The translations under genes were made by a program, and so were the position numbers. A stretch of 51,692 nt of DNA from Pseudomonadales bacterium (lineage in GTDB: Bacteria > Pseudomonadota > Gammaproteobacteria > Pseudomonadales > Pseudohongiellaceae), in NCBI GenBank assembly GCA_022447905.1, contig JAKUTG010000001.1, positions 1 to 51,692 on the forward strand, given 5' to 3'. This document shows, piece by piece, positions 6,029 through 16,490 of the stretch (position 1 is its first letter; each line of letters begins with the position of its first letter). Under the pieces are notes generated by a model, which saw only the letters and a list, made by a program, of their open reading frames with translations, ran no database searches and was not told the origin of the DNA.

Positions 6029-7195
6029 ATGAATCCAGAAGATATTGGTAGGCGAAAAGTACTGAAAGGTGCATTAGGCACTAGCGTATTGGCTGCGGGC
6101 GTTGTAACCGCACCTAATCTGCTCTTTCCGGCTCTAGCGCAAGGTGAGCGGCTCGTTCCATTCATTGATGAGCAATCTGAAGCTTTCACATGGAACCCGA
6201 TCCAGCCGAATAGCACCCACTGGCAGGATACTAGGCAAATCAGTAACCGTTTTACCGATAACGATGAATTTTACTTGGTTCAGCACTATGGTCAGCCTGA
6301 AGTGAACAATGACTCATGGCGTTTAAAAGTGACGGGTATGGTGGATAACGAGCTCGAAATATCTTTGAGTGAGCTCATGAAAAAAAATATTTTTGAACAA
6401 CAAGTTGGTTTTGAATGTGGTGGTAATGGCCAGCGCTTACTGCATGGCCTCATTGGAAATGCTAATTGGCGCGGCACTTCACTTGCTAATATCTTGATAG
6501 AAGCTGGTATCCAGGATGGTGCTAAGGAAGTCGTATTTTTTGGCGCTGATACAGCCATCGAAGAAATCCGCGGTCGTGAGGTCGAAAAAGCCTTTGCCCG
6601 TAGTCTGTCGATTGAAGATGCTATGCGCCCGGAAAACATGCTGGCATTCGAGATGAATGGTGAATCGCTACCCCATTTCCACGGCAAACCCGTCCGACTT
6701 TTAGTGCCTGGTTGGTATGGAGTATCGAATGTCAAATGGCTTACTCAGATACATATTCAAGATACACGGTACATGGGTAGGTTCATGGGGCGTGACTATG
6801 TAACTCTGAAGAGAATCGATATAGGTGGAACAGAGCGTTGGGTCGAAAACTCTGTCACTACTATGAACTTAAAATCATCAATCGTCCGAGTTGTGGAATC
6901 GAGTGGGCAATATAGGGTTCAAGGTTTTGTGTTGAACGATGGCACTTCCTTGGAAAATGTCGAAGTAAAAATTGACGATGGCCCTTGGGAGTCTGCCAAT
7001 ATGAGCTCTCGCAACACCAAGTATTCATGGAAGCTGTTCAGTTACAATTGGCAAGATCCCAGTCCAGGCGAACACACTCTCATTTCACGGGCAACTGATA
7101 TCAATGGAAACGTGCAAGCAACCTCAGACGAGTTGCCAGAGAAGGTCAGTTTCTGGGAAGATTTTGCCCAATTTCCTAGAAGGGTCCGTATCTGA
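6029..7195 (+). CDS. Tat-exported molybdopterin oxidoreductase of the sulfite oxidase/SorA family
   Basis: A twin-arginine leader is present (IGRRKVLKGALGTSVLAAG...ALAQG). The FECGGNG segment contains the Mo-ligand Cys. The C-terminal part resembles the Mo-co dimerisation domain (...NVKWLTQIHIQD..., ...YSWKLFSYNW...). Confidence 0.85.
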   Translation: MNPEDIGRRKVLKGALGTSVLAAGVVTAPNLLFPALAQGERLVPFIDEQSEAFTWNPIQPNSTHWQDTRQISNRFTDNDEFYLVQHYGQPEVNNDSWRLKVTGMVDNELEISLSELMKKNIFEQQVGFECGGNGQRLLHGLIGNANWRGTSLANILIEAGIQDGAKEVVFFGADTAIEEIRGREVEKAFARSLSIEDAMRPENMLAFEMNGESLPHFHGKPVRLLVPGWYGVSNVKWLTQIHIQDTRYMGRFMGRDYVTLKRIDIGGTERWVENSVTTMNLKSSIVRVVESSGQYRVQGFVLNDGTSLENVEVKIDDGPWESANMSSRNTKYSWKLFSYNWQDPSPGEHTLISRATDINGNVQATSDELPEKVSFWEDFAQFPRRVRI

Positions 7196-7211
7196 GGCAC
7201 ATAGCTCTGCT

Positions 7212-7248
7212 GGTCCCTCTCACTTGTGGTGTGAGGGGCCTTTAGTAT
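7212..7248 (+). terminator. Intrinsic terminator after the Mo-enzyme gene
   Basis: The sequence is GGTCCCTCTCAC-TTGTGGT-GTGAGGGGCC followed by TTTAGTATT. Confidence 0.5.
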
Positions 7249-7331
7249 TCCGAGCCTGTATCCTGAAATTCGCCTTAATTTTCGACTCTAGACGGTTTTA
7301 TCTTTACTCGACTGCGGTTAGAGTCACGTAA

Positions 7332-7856
7332 TTGAGGCTATCCATGACTACATACTTAGTGCTGACTGCAATAGGCGACGACCGACCCGGACTAGTTGAA
7401 TCCTTGTCCCAAGTCATTACCGAAAATTCCGGTAACTGGTTAGAAAGCAGTATGTCCCAACTTGCGGGGAAGTTTGCTGGCATCTTACGTGTTAGTGTCA
7501 ACGATGAGGATGCAGAATTGCTGATAAAAAGGCTCAACGAGTTGTCCAACCGGTTGAAGCTTGTTATCGAGCGAGTCGATAGACATGAGAGTATCGAAAT
7601 TCCTAGCACTGTGAAGTTGAACTTAGTAGGTAATGACAGGCCGGGGATTATCCGAGAAATATCACATGAACTAACCAAAATGGCAGTTAACGTGGCCCAA
7701 TTGACCACGGAATGTGTTCCGGCGCCCATGGCCGGTGATACTCTTTTCAAAGCTGAAGCGCTGTTGCAAGTACCGCAAGGGCTCAACTTGGACAGGCTAC
7801 AGCGTGAACTTGAACAACTCACAGATGATCTTATTGTTGAGATTCAACTGGATTAA
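7332..7856 (+). CDS. gcvR: Tandem ACT-domain protein, glycine cleavage system regulator GcvR-like
   Basis: Two ACT-type repeats are present: LVLTAIGDDRPGLVESLSQVI... and LNLVGNDRPGIIREISHELT.... Confidence 0.75.
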   Translation: MRLSMTTYLVLTAIGDDRPGLVESLSQVITENSGNWLESSMSQLAGKFAGILRVSVNDEDAELLIKRLNELSNRLKLVIERVDRHESIEIPSTVKLNLVGNDRPGIIREISHELTKMAVNVAQLTTECVPAPMAGDTLFKAEALLQVPQGLNLDRLQRELEQLTDDLIVEIQLD

Positions 7857-7917
7857 AGAGGATTGTGCAGGCAGACCTTTACTCGTTTTAGATGGTCGAT
7901 AATGGTAGCTTCGCGGA

Positions 7918-8583
7918 TCAATTACGCAGGCTTATGGTTTGCCAATCTTTCTCTTTGGAAGCCTGTAAAAGTTCTTCATCCGGATCCACAGCCACAGCTT
8001 CAGCGACTTTCTCCAGAAGGGGTATGTCATTGATAGAATCACTGTAAAAAATACTGTTATCGAGCGCTAAATTTTTGTTCAGGCCGAGCCATTGTTCCAC
8101 TCTTTCTAACTTGCCTTCGCGGTAACAAGGTATACCGGTTATGTTCCCCGTAAATCGGTCATTGACAATTTCAAGGTCGGTTGCCAAGAGCTGATCAACC
8201 TTGAATTGCTCGGCAATAGGCTCGGTAATAAAGGCATTCGTGGCAGTAATAATGACGCAGCAATCACCGGCGCTGCGGTGCCGTTCGACAAGTTGCTTAC
8301 CCTTAACCAGCATCATCGGTAGGGCTTCTTCTTTAATAAACTCACCAAGCAGGCTATTGCGCTGTTGTTTGTTGTAATCGAGAATTGGGGATAACGTAAA
8401 CTTCACATAGGCGTGCATATCCAGAACACCCTCAAGATAATGCTGATAGAACCCATTGTTTTGTGCCCGGTGAGTGTCCTCGTCAACTAAGTGCTTGCTA
8501 ATTAGAAATTCTCCCCAGGCTTTATCACTATCTCCAGCTAGCAGAGTGTTATCTAGATCGAATAGTGCTAGGCGTCTTATCAT
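7918..8583 (-). CDS. HAD-superfamily subfamily IB hydrolase (SerB-like family)
   Basis: The translation has LALFDLDNTLLAGDSD (motif I) and FYSDSINDIPLL (motif IV). The gene is divergent from rppH, as in pseudomonads. I chose the internal Met at 8583 as the start; the track ORF extends to 8631. Confidence 0.85.
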   Translation of the reverse strand: MIRRLALFDLDNTLLAGDSDKAWGEFLISKHLVDEDTHRAQNNGFYQHYLEGVLDMHAYVKFTLSPILDYNKQQRNSLLGEFIKEEALPMMLVKGKQLVERHRSAGDCCVIITATNAFITEPIAEQFKVDQLLATDLEIVNDRFTGNITGIPCYREGKLERVEQWLGLNKNLALDNSIFYSDSINDIPLLEKVAEAVAVDPDEELLQASKEKDWQTISLRN

Positions 8584-8796
8584 CGGATTGGTATCACTTA
8601 AAGATCGTATTATACCTATTGCCGGTCTCACATCGCATATAAATCATCCTTTCCTAAGTTGATTTTTGCACTCGAAAATACCCCTAAACTGCTGAATATT
8701 AAAGCAATATAGTTTAGCAAGTGCTGCTTTGGGTTTGATTGAGCAAGAAGCGATGTGAAACAATAGCTGCTTATATTTGTCTAAGGGCTGATGGGT

Positions 8797-9285
8797 ATGA
8801 TTGACTCGGAGGGTTTTCGCTCCAATGTTGGGATTGTGATTTGCAATCGGCTTGGCCAACTGCTTTGGGCCAAGCGAGTGGGCGAAAGCGCATGGCAGTT
8901 TCCTCAGGGTGGGGTCAAAAAAAGCGAGACACTGGAACAGGCTCTCTATCGTGAGCTCAATGAAGAAGTGGGGTTGGCTGCAGAAGATGTAAAAATTCTG
9001 CACCAAACCAATGATTGGTTTCACTACCGTCTGCCCAAGAACTTCATTCGCTACCATAAAAACCCGCTCTGTATTGGACAAAAGCAGAAGTGGTTTTTAC
9101 TAAGCCTAGAAAGCAACGACAGCAGGGTAGAACTCGCAAAATCGGGGCAACCAGAATTCGATGAGTGGTGCTGGGTTAGCTATTGGTATCCGCTTAACCA
9201 GGTCATCGACTTCAAACGCGATGTCTATAGAAGAGCCCTCAAAGAGTTAATCACTCCTCTTAATGATTACGTGAAGCAACAATAA
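8797..9285 (+). CDS. rppH: RNA pyrophosphohydrolase RppH (NudH)
   Basis: The N-terminus reads [17 protein letters not shown]. The Nudix box is [23 protein letters not shown]. The gene is followed by ptsP. Confidence 0.95.
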   Translation: MIDSEGFRSNVGIVICNRLGQLLWAKRVGESAWQFPQGGVKKSETLEQALYRELNEEVGLAAEDVKILHQTNDWFHYRLPKNFIRYHKNPLCIGQKQKWFLLSLESNDSRVELAKSGQPEFDEWCWVSYWYPLNQVIDFKRDVYRRALKELITPLNDYVKQQ

Positions 9286-9420
9286 TTACAATATCCTGAG
9301 ATTAAGATTAGGATATCGAAAGTTAAAGCGATGCTATGTTGAGAAGCAAGCCCTTCACTCTATAAAGGTTCCTATAAATATGGCTGCCAAGCTTAACGTA
9401 AAAAATTATCGGAAATTGGT

Positions 9421-11694
9421 ATGCTGGAAAAACTGCGCAGGATAGTTCAGAAAGTTAACGCAGCTAAGGATTTGCGGTCAGCACTCGGTATTATCGTACA
9501 CCGGGTGCGCGAAACATTGGAGGCCCAAGTCTGCTCGGTGTACCTTTTAGACACTGATATCAATAGTCATGTATTAATGGCATCAGAAGGGCTCAACGAA
9601 GAAGCCGTTGGGCATGTCAGCCTTGCGGTTGGAGAGGGATTGGTCGGCCTCGTTGCCAAACATGCAGAGCCGATCAATTTACAAGATGCATCCCTGCACC
9701 CTAGTTACCATTACCTTAAGGGAACAGGTGAGGAAAACTTCCATGCTTTCCTTGGGGTTCCTATTATTCACCATCGGTCCGTGCTCGGGGTGCTCGTTGT
9801 TCAACACGACGAGAAGCGCCGATTCGATGAAGGCGAAGAAGCTTTTCTGATTACTTTGTCAGCACAATTAGCGGGGGTAATCGCCCATGCAGAGGCAACC
9901 GGCGCTATTGAAGGCATCAGCCCATCTGGACAGAAGACATCTGATACCGTTTTTCCGGGAGTTTCAGCCTCATCCGGTGTAGCTATTGGCCATGCCTTAG
10001 TGTTATTTCCAGTAGCTGATTTAAACCAGATTCCTAATCGACCGGCATTAGATACTGAGAAGGAGATCAAATTTTTTAATAACAGCTTGAATGCCGTTCG
10101 CAAAGACATGCGTGAACTGCACGGCAAATTAGCAGGACGCGTAGCTGAAGGAGAGCGCCAACTATTCGATGTTTATTTGCGTATGCTAGATGACGATGCA
10201 CTTGGAAACGAAGTAGTTGAGAGAATAAAACAGGGTGACTGGGCCCAGGGTGCTCTTGCTTATGTTGCTCGTGAGCATGTGCGTAACTTTGAAATGATGG
10301 AGGATGAGTATCTAAGTGAGCGAGCGGTGGATATCAAAGATTTGTGTAGTCGAGTTCTGTTCTACCTACAAGAGAAGGAAGTCGTCATCACGGAGTACAG
10401 CAACAACACCATATTGGTCAGTGAGGAGCTCACACCGGCTATGCTCGGAGAAGTACCCAAAGATAAGCTGAAAGGCTTGGTTTCTATCAAAGGATCAGGC
10501 AATTCCCATGTTGCGATTTTGGCTCGCACTATGGGTATTCCAACCATAATGGGAGCTGTAGATCTACCTTACAATAATCTCGATGGCCGAGAAATCATCG
10601 TGGACGGTTACAAAGGTGAAGTTATTAGTAATCCGTCCGATCAATTGCGCAAGCGTTACCTGAACATGATAAAGGAACAAGATCAAATGATTGCAGGATT
10701 GGAAGAGTTGAAAGACTTGCCCTGTATTACAGCTGACGATCATCGTGTAAATCTCTGGGTAAACACTGGTCTCATGTCTGAAGCAATGCAATCGCTAGAT
10801 CAGGGTGCTGAAGGCATTGGACTCTTCAGGACAGAAGAGCCTTTTCTGTTGCGAGAACGTTTTCCGAGCGAACAGGAACAATCAGACATCTATCGCAGAC
10901 AGTTGAAGGCTTTCGCACCGAAAGTCGTCACGATGCGCACTTTGGATGTGGGTGGTGACAAGGCGCTGCCCTATTTTCCTATTGAAGAAGCAAATCCATT
11001 TCTAGGTTGGCGCGGTATACGCGTAACGCTTGACCATCCGGAAATATTTATGGCGCAAATTCGAGCCATGTTGCGTGCCAGTATCGGGCTTGAGAACCTG
11101 CAAATCATGTTGCCGATGGTGAGCAATGTCAATGAAGTAAACTCCGCCATGCAACTCATTAAGAAAGCACATCATGAACTTATCTTAGAAGAACTCGAGG
11201 TGAATTTTCCACCGATTGGCATCATGATCGAATTGCCTGCGGCGGTATACCAAACACGTACCCTCGCGAAGTTGGTCGATTTCATATCTGTTGGAAGCAA
11301 CGATTTAACCCAGTATCTGCTGGCGGTGGACAGGAACAACCCGCGAGTTGCAAACCTATACAGTGCAATCCATCCAGCAGTTCTAAGTGCTTTATATCAC
11401 GTTGTGTCCGAAGCGCAGAAAGAAAAGAAACCAGTGAGTATTTGCGGAGAAATGGCGGGAGATCCAGGAGCGGCCGTGCTCTTGATGGCAATGGGCTTCG
11501 ATATCTTATCAATGAACGCTGCCACATTGCTGAAGGTGAAATCGGTAATTCGGAGCGTCAGTCTCGAGGCAGCGCAGGATTTGCTTGAACAAGTGATGCA
11601 AATGGATGATGCTCAGACGATTCGCAGTGCGGTGGACATGACTCTTTATAATGCGGGTGTCGACAGGTTGCTTCGATCATCAAGAACCAACTAG
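9421..11694 (+). CDS. ptsP: Phosphoenolpyruvate-protein phosphotransferase PtsP (EI-Ntr), with an N-terminal GAF domain
   Basis: The protein is 757 aa. It has a GAF region, the phospho-His region GSGNSHVAILARTMGIPT, and a PEP-utilising C-terminal domain with SVGSNDLTQY. Confidence 0.95.
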   Translation: MLEKLRRIVQKVNAAKDLRSALGIIVHRVRETLEAQVCSVYLLDTDINSHVLMASEGLNEEAVGHVSLAVGEGLVGLVAKHAEPINLQDASLHPSYHYLKGTGEENFHAFLGVPIIHHRSVLGVLVVQHDEKRRFDEGEEAFLITLSAQLAGVIAHAEATGAIEGISPSGQKTSDTVFPGVSASSGVAIGHALVLFPVADLNQIPNRPALDTEKEIKFFNNSLNAVRKDMRELHGKLAGRVAEGERQLFDVYLRMLDDDALGNEVVERIKQGDWAQGALAYVAREHVRNFEMMEDEYLSERAVDIKDLCSRVLFYLQEKEVVITEYSNNTILVSEELTPAMLGEVPKDKLKGLVSIKGSGNSHVAILARTMGIPTIMGAVDLPYNNLDGREIIVDGYKGEVISNPSDQLRKRYLNMIKEQDQMIAGLEELKDLPCITADDHRVNLWVNTGLMSEAMQSLDQGAEGIGLFRTEEPFLLRERFPSEQEQSDIYRRQLKAFAPKVVTMRTLDVGGDKALPYFPIEEANPFLGWRGIRVTLDHPEIFMAQIRAMLRASIGLENLQIMLPMVSNVNEVNSAMQLIKKAHHELILEELEVNFPPIGIMIELPAAVYQTRTLAKLVDFISVGSNDLTQYLLAVDRNNPRVANLYSAIHPAVLSALYHVVSEAQKEKKPVSICGEMAGDPGAAVLLMAMGFDILSMNAATLLKVKSVIRSVSLEAAQDLLEQVMQMDDAQTIRSAVDMTLYNAGVDRLLRSSRTN

Positions 11695-12005
11695 CATTTT
11701 TGGTTTTCTACTGGTTAACATGCAAACGAAAAGCTGACCTCTGAGGGGATTATGCTAATAAAGCCCAAATTATTGCAGCGCTAACCAGAGCATTAAGCTC
11801 TTCGTAATATTCATCAGGCCCGGATTATAAATAATGCGGAGACCTCTTGCCTCAGTTTCGTCAGCTATGAGAGAAGATAAGCAGTAAATCTGCTACAGAA
11901 TGACCATGTCCTTCCCAAGATCTAACTTCGCTGCCCTTTTTCGTGCTTAATCGTTGGATAAGTATAAAAAGTATACGGTCGGGTTAACTCAATTTTTGAA
12001 ATAAT

Positions 12006-12824
12006 CTATGTGCCTAGCTCTTTAATTTCTCTCGGCATAGTGCTCAATTCGTAATAATGGCAAGCTGTGGGGGAGCCTGCCGAATCATAGTTCTGTTCGC
12101 AGAAGCGGGTATCCCCCTTCGCATTTCTAATAAGAGCGGTAGAACACCGAGTGCCGTAGAGCTGCTCCTGGTCTAGGGTAAAGGTTGATGACAGTTGTCT
12201 TTCAAGCCTGAGCGTTGCTCCTGTGCTGGGCAAACCCTCGCCGGATGCCTGTTCTTGATCCGCCATCATCTGAATCAACCGATCTGTATTAAGTGTAGGT
12301 ACTGAGTTAAGCAATGAATGTAATTTTTTTTTGCCGCGCTCTACCTTTGGAGAACTACTATTTAGAAGGCCATTGGAGAGGCCATAGATACCCGGTTCAA
12401 GTCGCCAAATAATTTCTTCAAAATTGTTAGCGTAGTAAAGCGCTTCACCATCGCCAATCAACAGATTAAAGCCAGCGAACTTATGGAACTCAGTGGTTAT
12501 CGCCTCGCAATATTGCTCGGCAGACTGTGAACTCTTTAGGAAATATTTTGTTAAGTCGCCTCGTGAGCGCTGTTTTTTTTCAGGTTGAGAAGGGTCATAA
12601 ATATTAGTAACAGCGGCGAATCGTCCGCTGCGGGTTATGCCAAGCCAAGTGCCTCCAGCCTGCAAATCTCTTCCAGCAAGTACCTGAGATTGCAGCAACC
12701 CGCCCGAGGGGGTTTCCCAAATGTCTGCTTCAGCAGCTGGGCGAGCGTAAAATTCATCACGATTAGCGGCGATAACCAATGGATAACCGGGCTCTGCTAG
12801 ATGAGCAAAAATTATAAGGCACAT
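12006..12824 (-). CDS. NRDE family protein (DUF833/TANGO2-like)
   Basis: The N-terminus is MCLIIFAH...PLVIAANRDEFYARP, and GTWLGI follows. Confidence 0.85.
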   Translation of the reverse strand: MCLIIFAHLAEPGYPLVIAANRDEFYARPAAEADIWETPSGGLLQSQVLAGRDLQAGGTWLGITRSGRFAAVTNIYDPSQPEKKQRSRGDLTKYFLKSSQSAEQYCEAITTEFHKFAGFNLLIGDGEALYYANNFEEIIWRLEPGIYGLSNGLLNSSSPKVERGKKKLHSLLNSVPTLNTDRLIQMMADQEQASGEGLPSTGATLRLERQLSSTFTLDQEQLYGTRCSTALIRNAKGDTRFCEQNYDSAGSPTACHYYELSTMPREIKELGT

Positions 12825-13034
12825 GTCGAAATAGCTACAGGAATGAGTGACTGATTGTGCTGCTTCCTTGTCAGGTTAAGCTGTGAAAGGGCCCAGATTT
12901 GCAGACAAATAGTTAGGCTGTCAAGGCTGGACTTCACTGAGGGGTCATTTATTTGGCGTTTGATAACAGCAACCTTGTTATACTGCAGTAGCAAACGGTT
13001 TTGGTCAGACAAATCTTGTTAATCGCGAGTATCG

Positions 13035-13832
13035 ATGTTTACTTTTCCGCAATTTAATCCTGTCGTCATTTCATTGGGGCCTCTCAGTATCCACTGGTAC
13101 GGAGTTATGTACATTATTGCGTTTGGTGGAGCCTGGGTACTGGCCTCCTATCGACGCAACATGAAACCTAACCAGTGGAGCACGGATCAAATATCCGATT
13201 TGGTTTTCTATGGGGCTATAGGTGCTGTTGTCGGTGGACGCCTGGGCTCGGTATTTTTCTACAATTTTGATCGATTCCTTGTAGATCCTCTGTGGGTATT
13301 TCGGGTGTGGGAGGGAGGTATGTCCTTTCATGGAGGGCTCTTGGGTGTGGGTGTTGCGTTCTACTTTTACTCGAAAAGTCTTCGTAAGGGTTTCTGGGAA
13401 ACTATCGACTTCATTGTACCGTTCGTGCCATTTGGTTTGGGTGCCGGGAGAATCGGAAATTTTATTGGTGGAGAGTTATGGGGACGGCCCACGGATGTTC
13501 CTTGGGGAATGGTTTTCCCACATGTTGACCAATTACCCCGGCATCCGTCCCAGCTTTATGAGGTCGCACTGGAAGGTGTTGCTCGTTTTATCTTGTTATG
13601 GTGGTTTTCATCGAAACCTAGGCCAAGGTTGGCAGTGTCCGGCGTATTTGCACTGGGGTACGGTAGCTTTCGTTTCTTCATTGAATTTTTCCGAGAACCA
13701 GACCAGCAAATTGGGATTATTGCCTTTGAATGGTTGACGATGGGACAATTGTTGTCGGTGCCGATGGCAGCAGGAGGCATGTTATTGCTGTTTCTTTCAT
13801 ACAATAAACAGAAAAATTCGACGGTATTCTAA
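13035..13832 (+). CDS. lgt: Prolipoprotein diacylglyceryl transferase
   Basis: The translation has IHWYGVMYIIAF, GGRLG, GGMSFHGGLLG, GRIGNFINGELWGRPT-like GRIGNFIGGELWGRPT and HPSQLYE. Confidence 0.95.
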   Translation: MFTFPQFNPVVISLGPLSIHWYGVMYIIAFGGAWVLASYRRNMKPNQWSTDQISDLVFYGAIGAVVGGRLGSVFFYNFDRFLVDPLWVFRVWEGGMSFHGGLLGVGVAFYFYSKSLRKGFWETIDFIVPFVPFGLGAGRIGNFIGGELWGRPTDVPWGMVFPHVDQLPRHPSQLYEVALEGVARFILLWWFSSKPRPRLAVSGVFALGYGSFRFFIEFFREPDQQIGIIAFEWLTMGQLLSVPMAAGGMLLLFLSYNKQKNSTVF

Positions 13833-13859
13833 TTAAACTAGTCTAGGATCCTTCAGTTA

Positions 13860-14711
13860 ATGAAGCAGTATCTAGCTCTCAGCCAGCGCATTATCGACCA
13901 AGGCTCTTGGGTTGAAAACAAACGCACCGGGAAAAAATGTCTCACAGTGGTTAATGCTGACTTGTCTTATGATGTAGCGAATAACCAGTTTCCCATTATT
14001 ACTACTCGAAAGAGCTTTTGGAAATCCGCGATAGCGGAACTGCTGGGTTACCTCCGCGGATACGACAATGCCGCCGACTTTCGTAAATTGGGCGCCAAAT
14101 CTTGGGATGCTAATGCCAACGAGAATAAAGATTGGTTAAGTAATCCCGCGCGCAAGGGCAAAGACGATATGGGGCGTGTCTATGGGGTTCAGGGAAGAAG
14201 CTGGCGTAAACCTGATGGTAGCAGGCTAGACCAGCTCCGCAAGGTCGTCGATAACCTTAGCAATGGAATTGACGATCGCAGTGAGATATTGACTTTTTAC
14301 AATCCCGGGGAATTCGACCTGGGTTGTCTTAGACCGTGTATGCATACTCACACTTTTTCCTTATTGGGGAACACGCTCCATCTGACCAGTTATCAGCGTT
14401 CATGTGATGTGCCGCTGGGATTGAACTTCAACCAGATTCAGGTATTCACGTTACTAGCATTGATTGCTCAGATCACAGGTAAGACGCCGGGAATTGCTTA
14501 TCACAAGATCGTCAACGCCCATATCTATGAAGATCAACTAGATTTAATGCGCACTGTACAGTTAAAGAGAGAACCTTTCCAACCGCCGCAACTACATATC
14601 AATTTTGATATAAAGGCTCTAGAAGACATTGAAAGCTGGGTAACTCTGGATGATTTTACGGTGGAGGGCTACAGACATCATGACCCAATTGTCTATCCGT
14701 TCTCGGTGTAA
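13860..14711 (+). CDS. thyA: Thymidylate synthase (283-aa long form)
   Basis: The N-terminus reads [15 protein letters not shown]. The catalytic Cys lies in [10 protein letters not shown], and [15 protein letters not shown] follows. Confidence 0.95.
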   Translation: MKQYLALSQRIIDQGSWVENKRTGKKCLTVVNADLSYDVANNQFPIITTRKSFWKSAIAELLGYLRGYDNAADFRKLGAKSWDANANENKDWLSNPARKGKDDMGRVYGVQGRSWRKPDGSRLDQLRKVVDNLSNGIDDRSEILTFYNPGEFDLGCLRPCMHTHTFSLLGNTLHLTSYQRSCDVPLGLNFNQIQVFTLLALIAQITGKTPGIAYHKIVNAHIYEDQLDLMRTVQLKREPFQPPQLHINFDIKALEDIESWVTLDDFTVEGYRHHDPIVYPFSV

Positions 14712-14745
14712 ATGGAAGCAAATTGAACAGATCGAGTGAGACCTC

Positions 14746-15264
14746 ATGAAACTAGCGCTTATCTGTGCCATGGCTGAAAACCGAGTAATTGGCAGGGGAA
14801 ACAGCCTACCCTGGCATCTTTCTGAGGATCTAAAGTACTTCAAGCGGGTCACTATGGGAAGCAGCATTATCATGGGACGTAAAACCTGGGAATCGATAGG
14901 GAAGGCTTTACCAGGCAGAACCAATATCGTTATAACAAAAGACCCAGACTATCAGGCGGAGGAAGCCCGCGTAGTGCACTCCATCGAGGAAGCTATAAAG
15001 GTGGCAGAGAGCGTTTCTGTAATTGATGGTTCAGAAGAAGCCTTTATCATTGGCGGAGCGGAACTTTATCAGGCTGTATTGCCATTGGCCGAACGATTTC
15101 ACCTGACCCGTGTTCATGCCAATGTTGCAGGGGATACTTATCTTGTTGATTTCGATGAAAGCCAGTGGCAAGAGATTGTTCGTGAAGAGTTCTATAAGGG
15201 GGAAACGAATACATATGACTTCAGTATTTGCTTGCTACAGCGAATAGAAGGGGCAACTCACTAG
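14746..15264 (+). CDS. folA: Dihydrofolate reductase
   Basis: The translation has LICAMAENRVIGRGNSLPWHLSEDLKYFKRVTMG..IIMGRKTWESIG and IGGAELY. Confidence 0.95.
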   Translation: MKLALICAMAENRVIGRGNSLPWHLSEDLKYFKRVTMGSSIIMGRKTWESIGKALPGRTNIVITKDPDYQAEEARVVHSIEEAIKVAESVSVIDGSEEAFIIGGAELYQAVLPLAERFHLTRVHANVAGDTYLVDFDESQWQEIVREEFYKGETNTYDFSICLLQRIEGATH

Positions 15265-15315
15265 CCTTTAACGATTATTGACATAGGCCTGCGAATTTAC
15301 GTGCTTTTCTGCATA

Positions 15316-16467
15316 CTATAAGCAACTTCTAATTACCAATTCCCGTAGGGTGGTAATACACGGATCAATCATTTTCATCGACATGTATTCATCGGGTTGA
15401 TGGGCCTGATCGATATTGCCTGGTCCCATTATAATGGTATCCATACCAAGCTGTTGTAAAAACGGGCCTTCCGTACCGAAGGCAGCACTAATGCCGGTAT
15501 GCCCGGTGAGTTCTTCTGCGGTTTTTAACAGCGTGCTGTTTTCTTTTGCAAAGAAAGCAGGAACACCGGTAAAGATAGGGGTCATTTCAAACTGAATACC
15601 CAGAGGGTTAGTAATCTGTGAAATACGCTCCGAAATTTCTGCTCGCACAGAGTCCATGTGCATTCCAGGGGTGAGCCTGACGTCAAATTCCAATGTGCAA
15701 TGCCCACAAATGCGATTCGGGTTATCGCCTCCATGGATACTGCCAAGGTTCACTGTGGGATAAGGAATCTTGAAAAGATCATTTGAGTATCGTGCTTTGA
15801 GCTCTTTACGGTAACGAATCAATTCACCTATCACTGCATACATAGCATCAAGCGCGTTGTTACCGAGCCCTGGGTCTGAAGAGTGTCCACTTTCTCCCGA
15901 AAGGCGAATAGAATCCATCATGATGCCTTTATGCGCCCGCACAGGCCGCATACCGGTGGGTTCACCAATGACCGCTGAGCGGGCTTTCGGTCTACCCAGC
16001 TCGGCTAGGGTCTTCGCCCCCTGCATCGAAGTTTCTTCGTCCGCCGTTGCTAGTACGATAAGCGGTTCCCTGAACTTAACATCTAACAAAGGTTTAACTG
16101 CCTCCATTATTAGAGGGAAAAATCCTTTCATGTCTGTTATGCCCAGGCCATACATCCTATTGTTTTTCTCGGTAAGACGAAATGGATCAACTGACCAGAG
16201 CTTTTCGTCTAGTGGCACCGTATCAGTATGACCAGCCAGCACCAGTCCGCCGGTACCGGAACCGTAAGTTGCTATCAGGTTGAACTTGTTTTTATCCGGT
16301 ACGCAAGGCACCAGTTCACACATAAATCCCAAGGTTTCAAATTCATTAGCTAAATAGTCTATAACAGACTTGTTGCTCATATCGATGGCTTTGTTAACTG
16401 AACTAATACTGGTAAGGTTGACTATCCGGTCCAGATGGGCCAGCAATGATGAGTTACGATCAGGCAT
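15316..16467 (-). CDS. argE: Acetylornithine deacetylase (M20 family)
   Basis: The protein is 383 aa. It has LAGHTDTVP, ATADEETSM and a C-terminal GPGNIDQAHQPDEY. Confidence 0.9.
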   Translation of the reverse strand: MPDRNSSLLAHLDRIVNLTSISSVNKAIDMSNKSVIDYLANEFETLGFMCELVPCVPDKNKFNLIATYGSGTGGLVLAGHTDTVPLDEKLWSVDPFRLTEKNNRMYGLGITDMKGFFPLIMEAVKPLLDVKFREPLIVLATADEETSMQGAKTLAELGRPKARSAVIGEPTGMRPVRAHKGIMMDSIRLSGESGHSSDPGLGNNALDAMYAVIGELIRYRKELKARYSNDLFKIPYPTVNLGSIHGGDNPNRICGHCTLEFDVRLTPGMHMDSVRAEISERISQITNPLGIQFEMTPIFTGVPAFFAKENSTLLKTAEELTGHTGISAAFGTEGPFLQQLGMDTIIMGPGNIDQAHQPDEYMSMKMIDPCITTLRELVIRSCL

Positions 16468-16490
16468 GTTAGTGAATTTGTGAAAGCAAT

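Noticed and set aside
11695-12005. 310-bp ORF-free gap between ptsP and the NRDE gene, considered as a possible sRNA locus
   Set aside because: It contains only short hairpins of 4-5 bp that are mostly AT-rich. There is no convincing terminator or promoter pair and no recognisable motif.
12325-12580. Two homopolymer runs (T9 at ~12325-12333 and T8 at ~12573-12580; A-runs encoding Lys on the coding strand) in the NRDE-family gene, considered as phase-variation tracts
   Set aside because: The reading frame is intact and full length. The runs encode plausible Lys-rich loops (GKKKL, EKKQR). There is no evidence of slippage from a single sequence.
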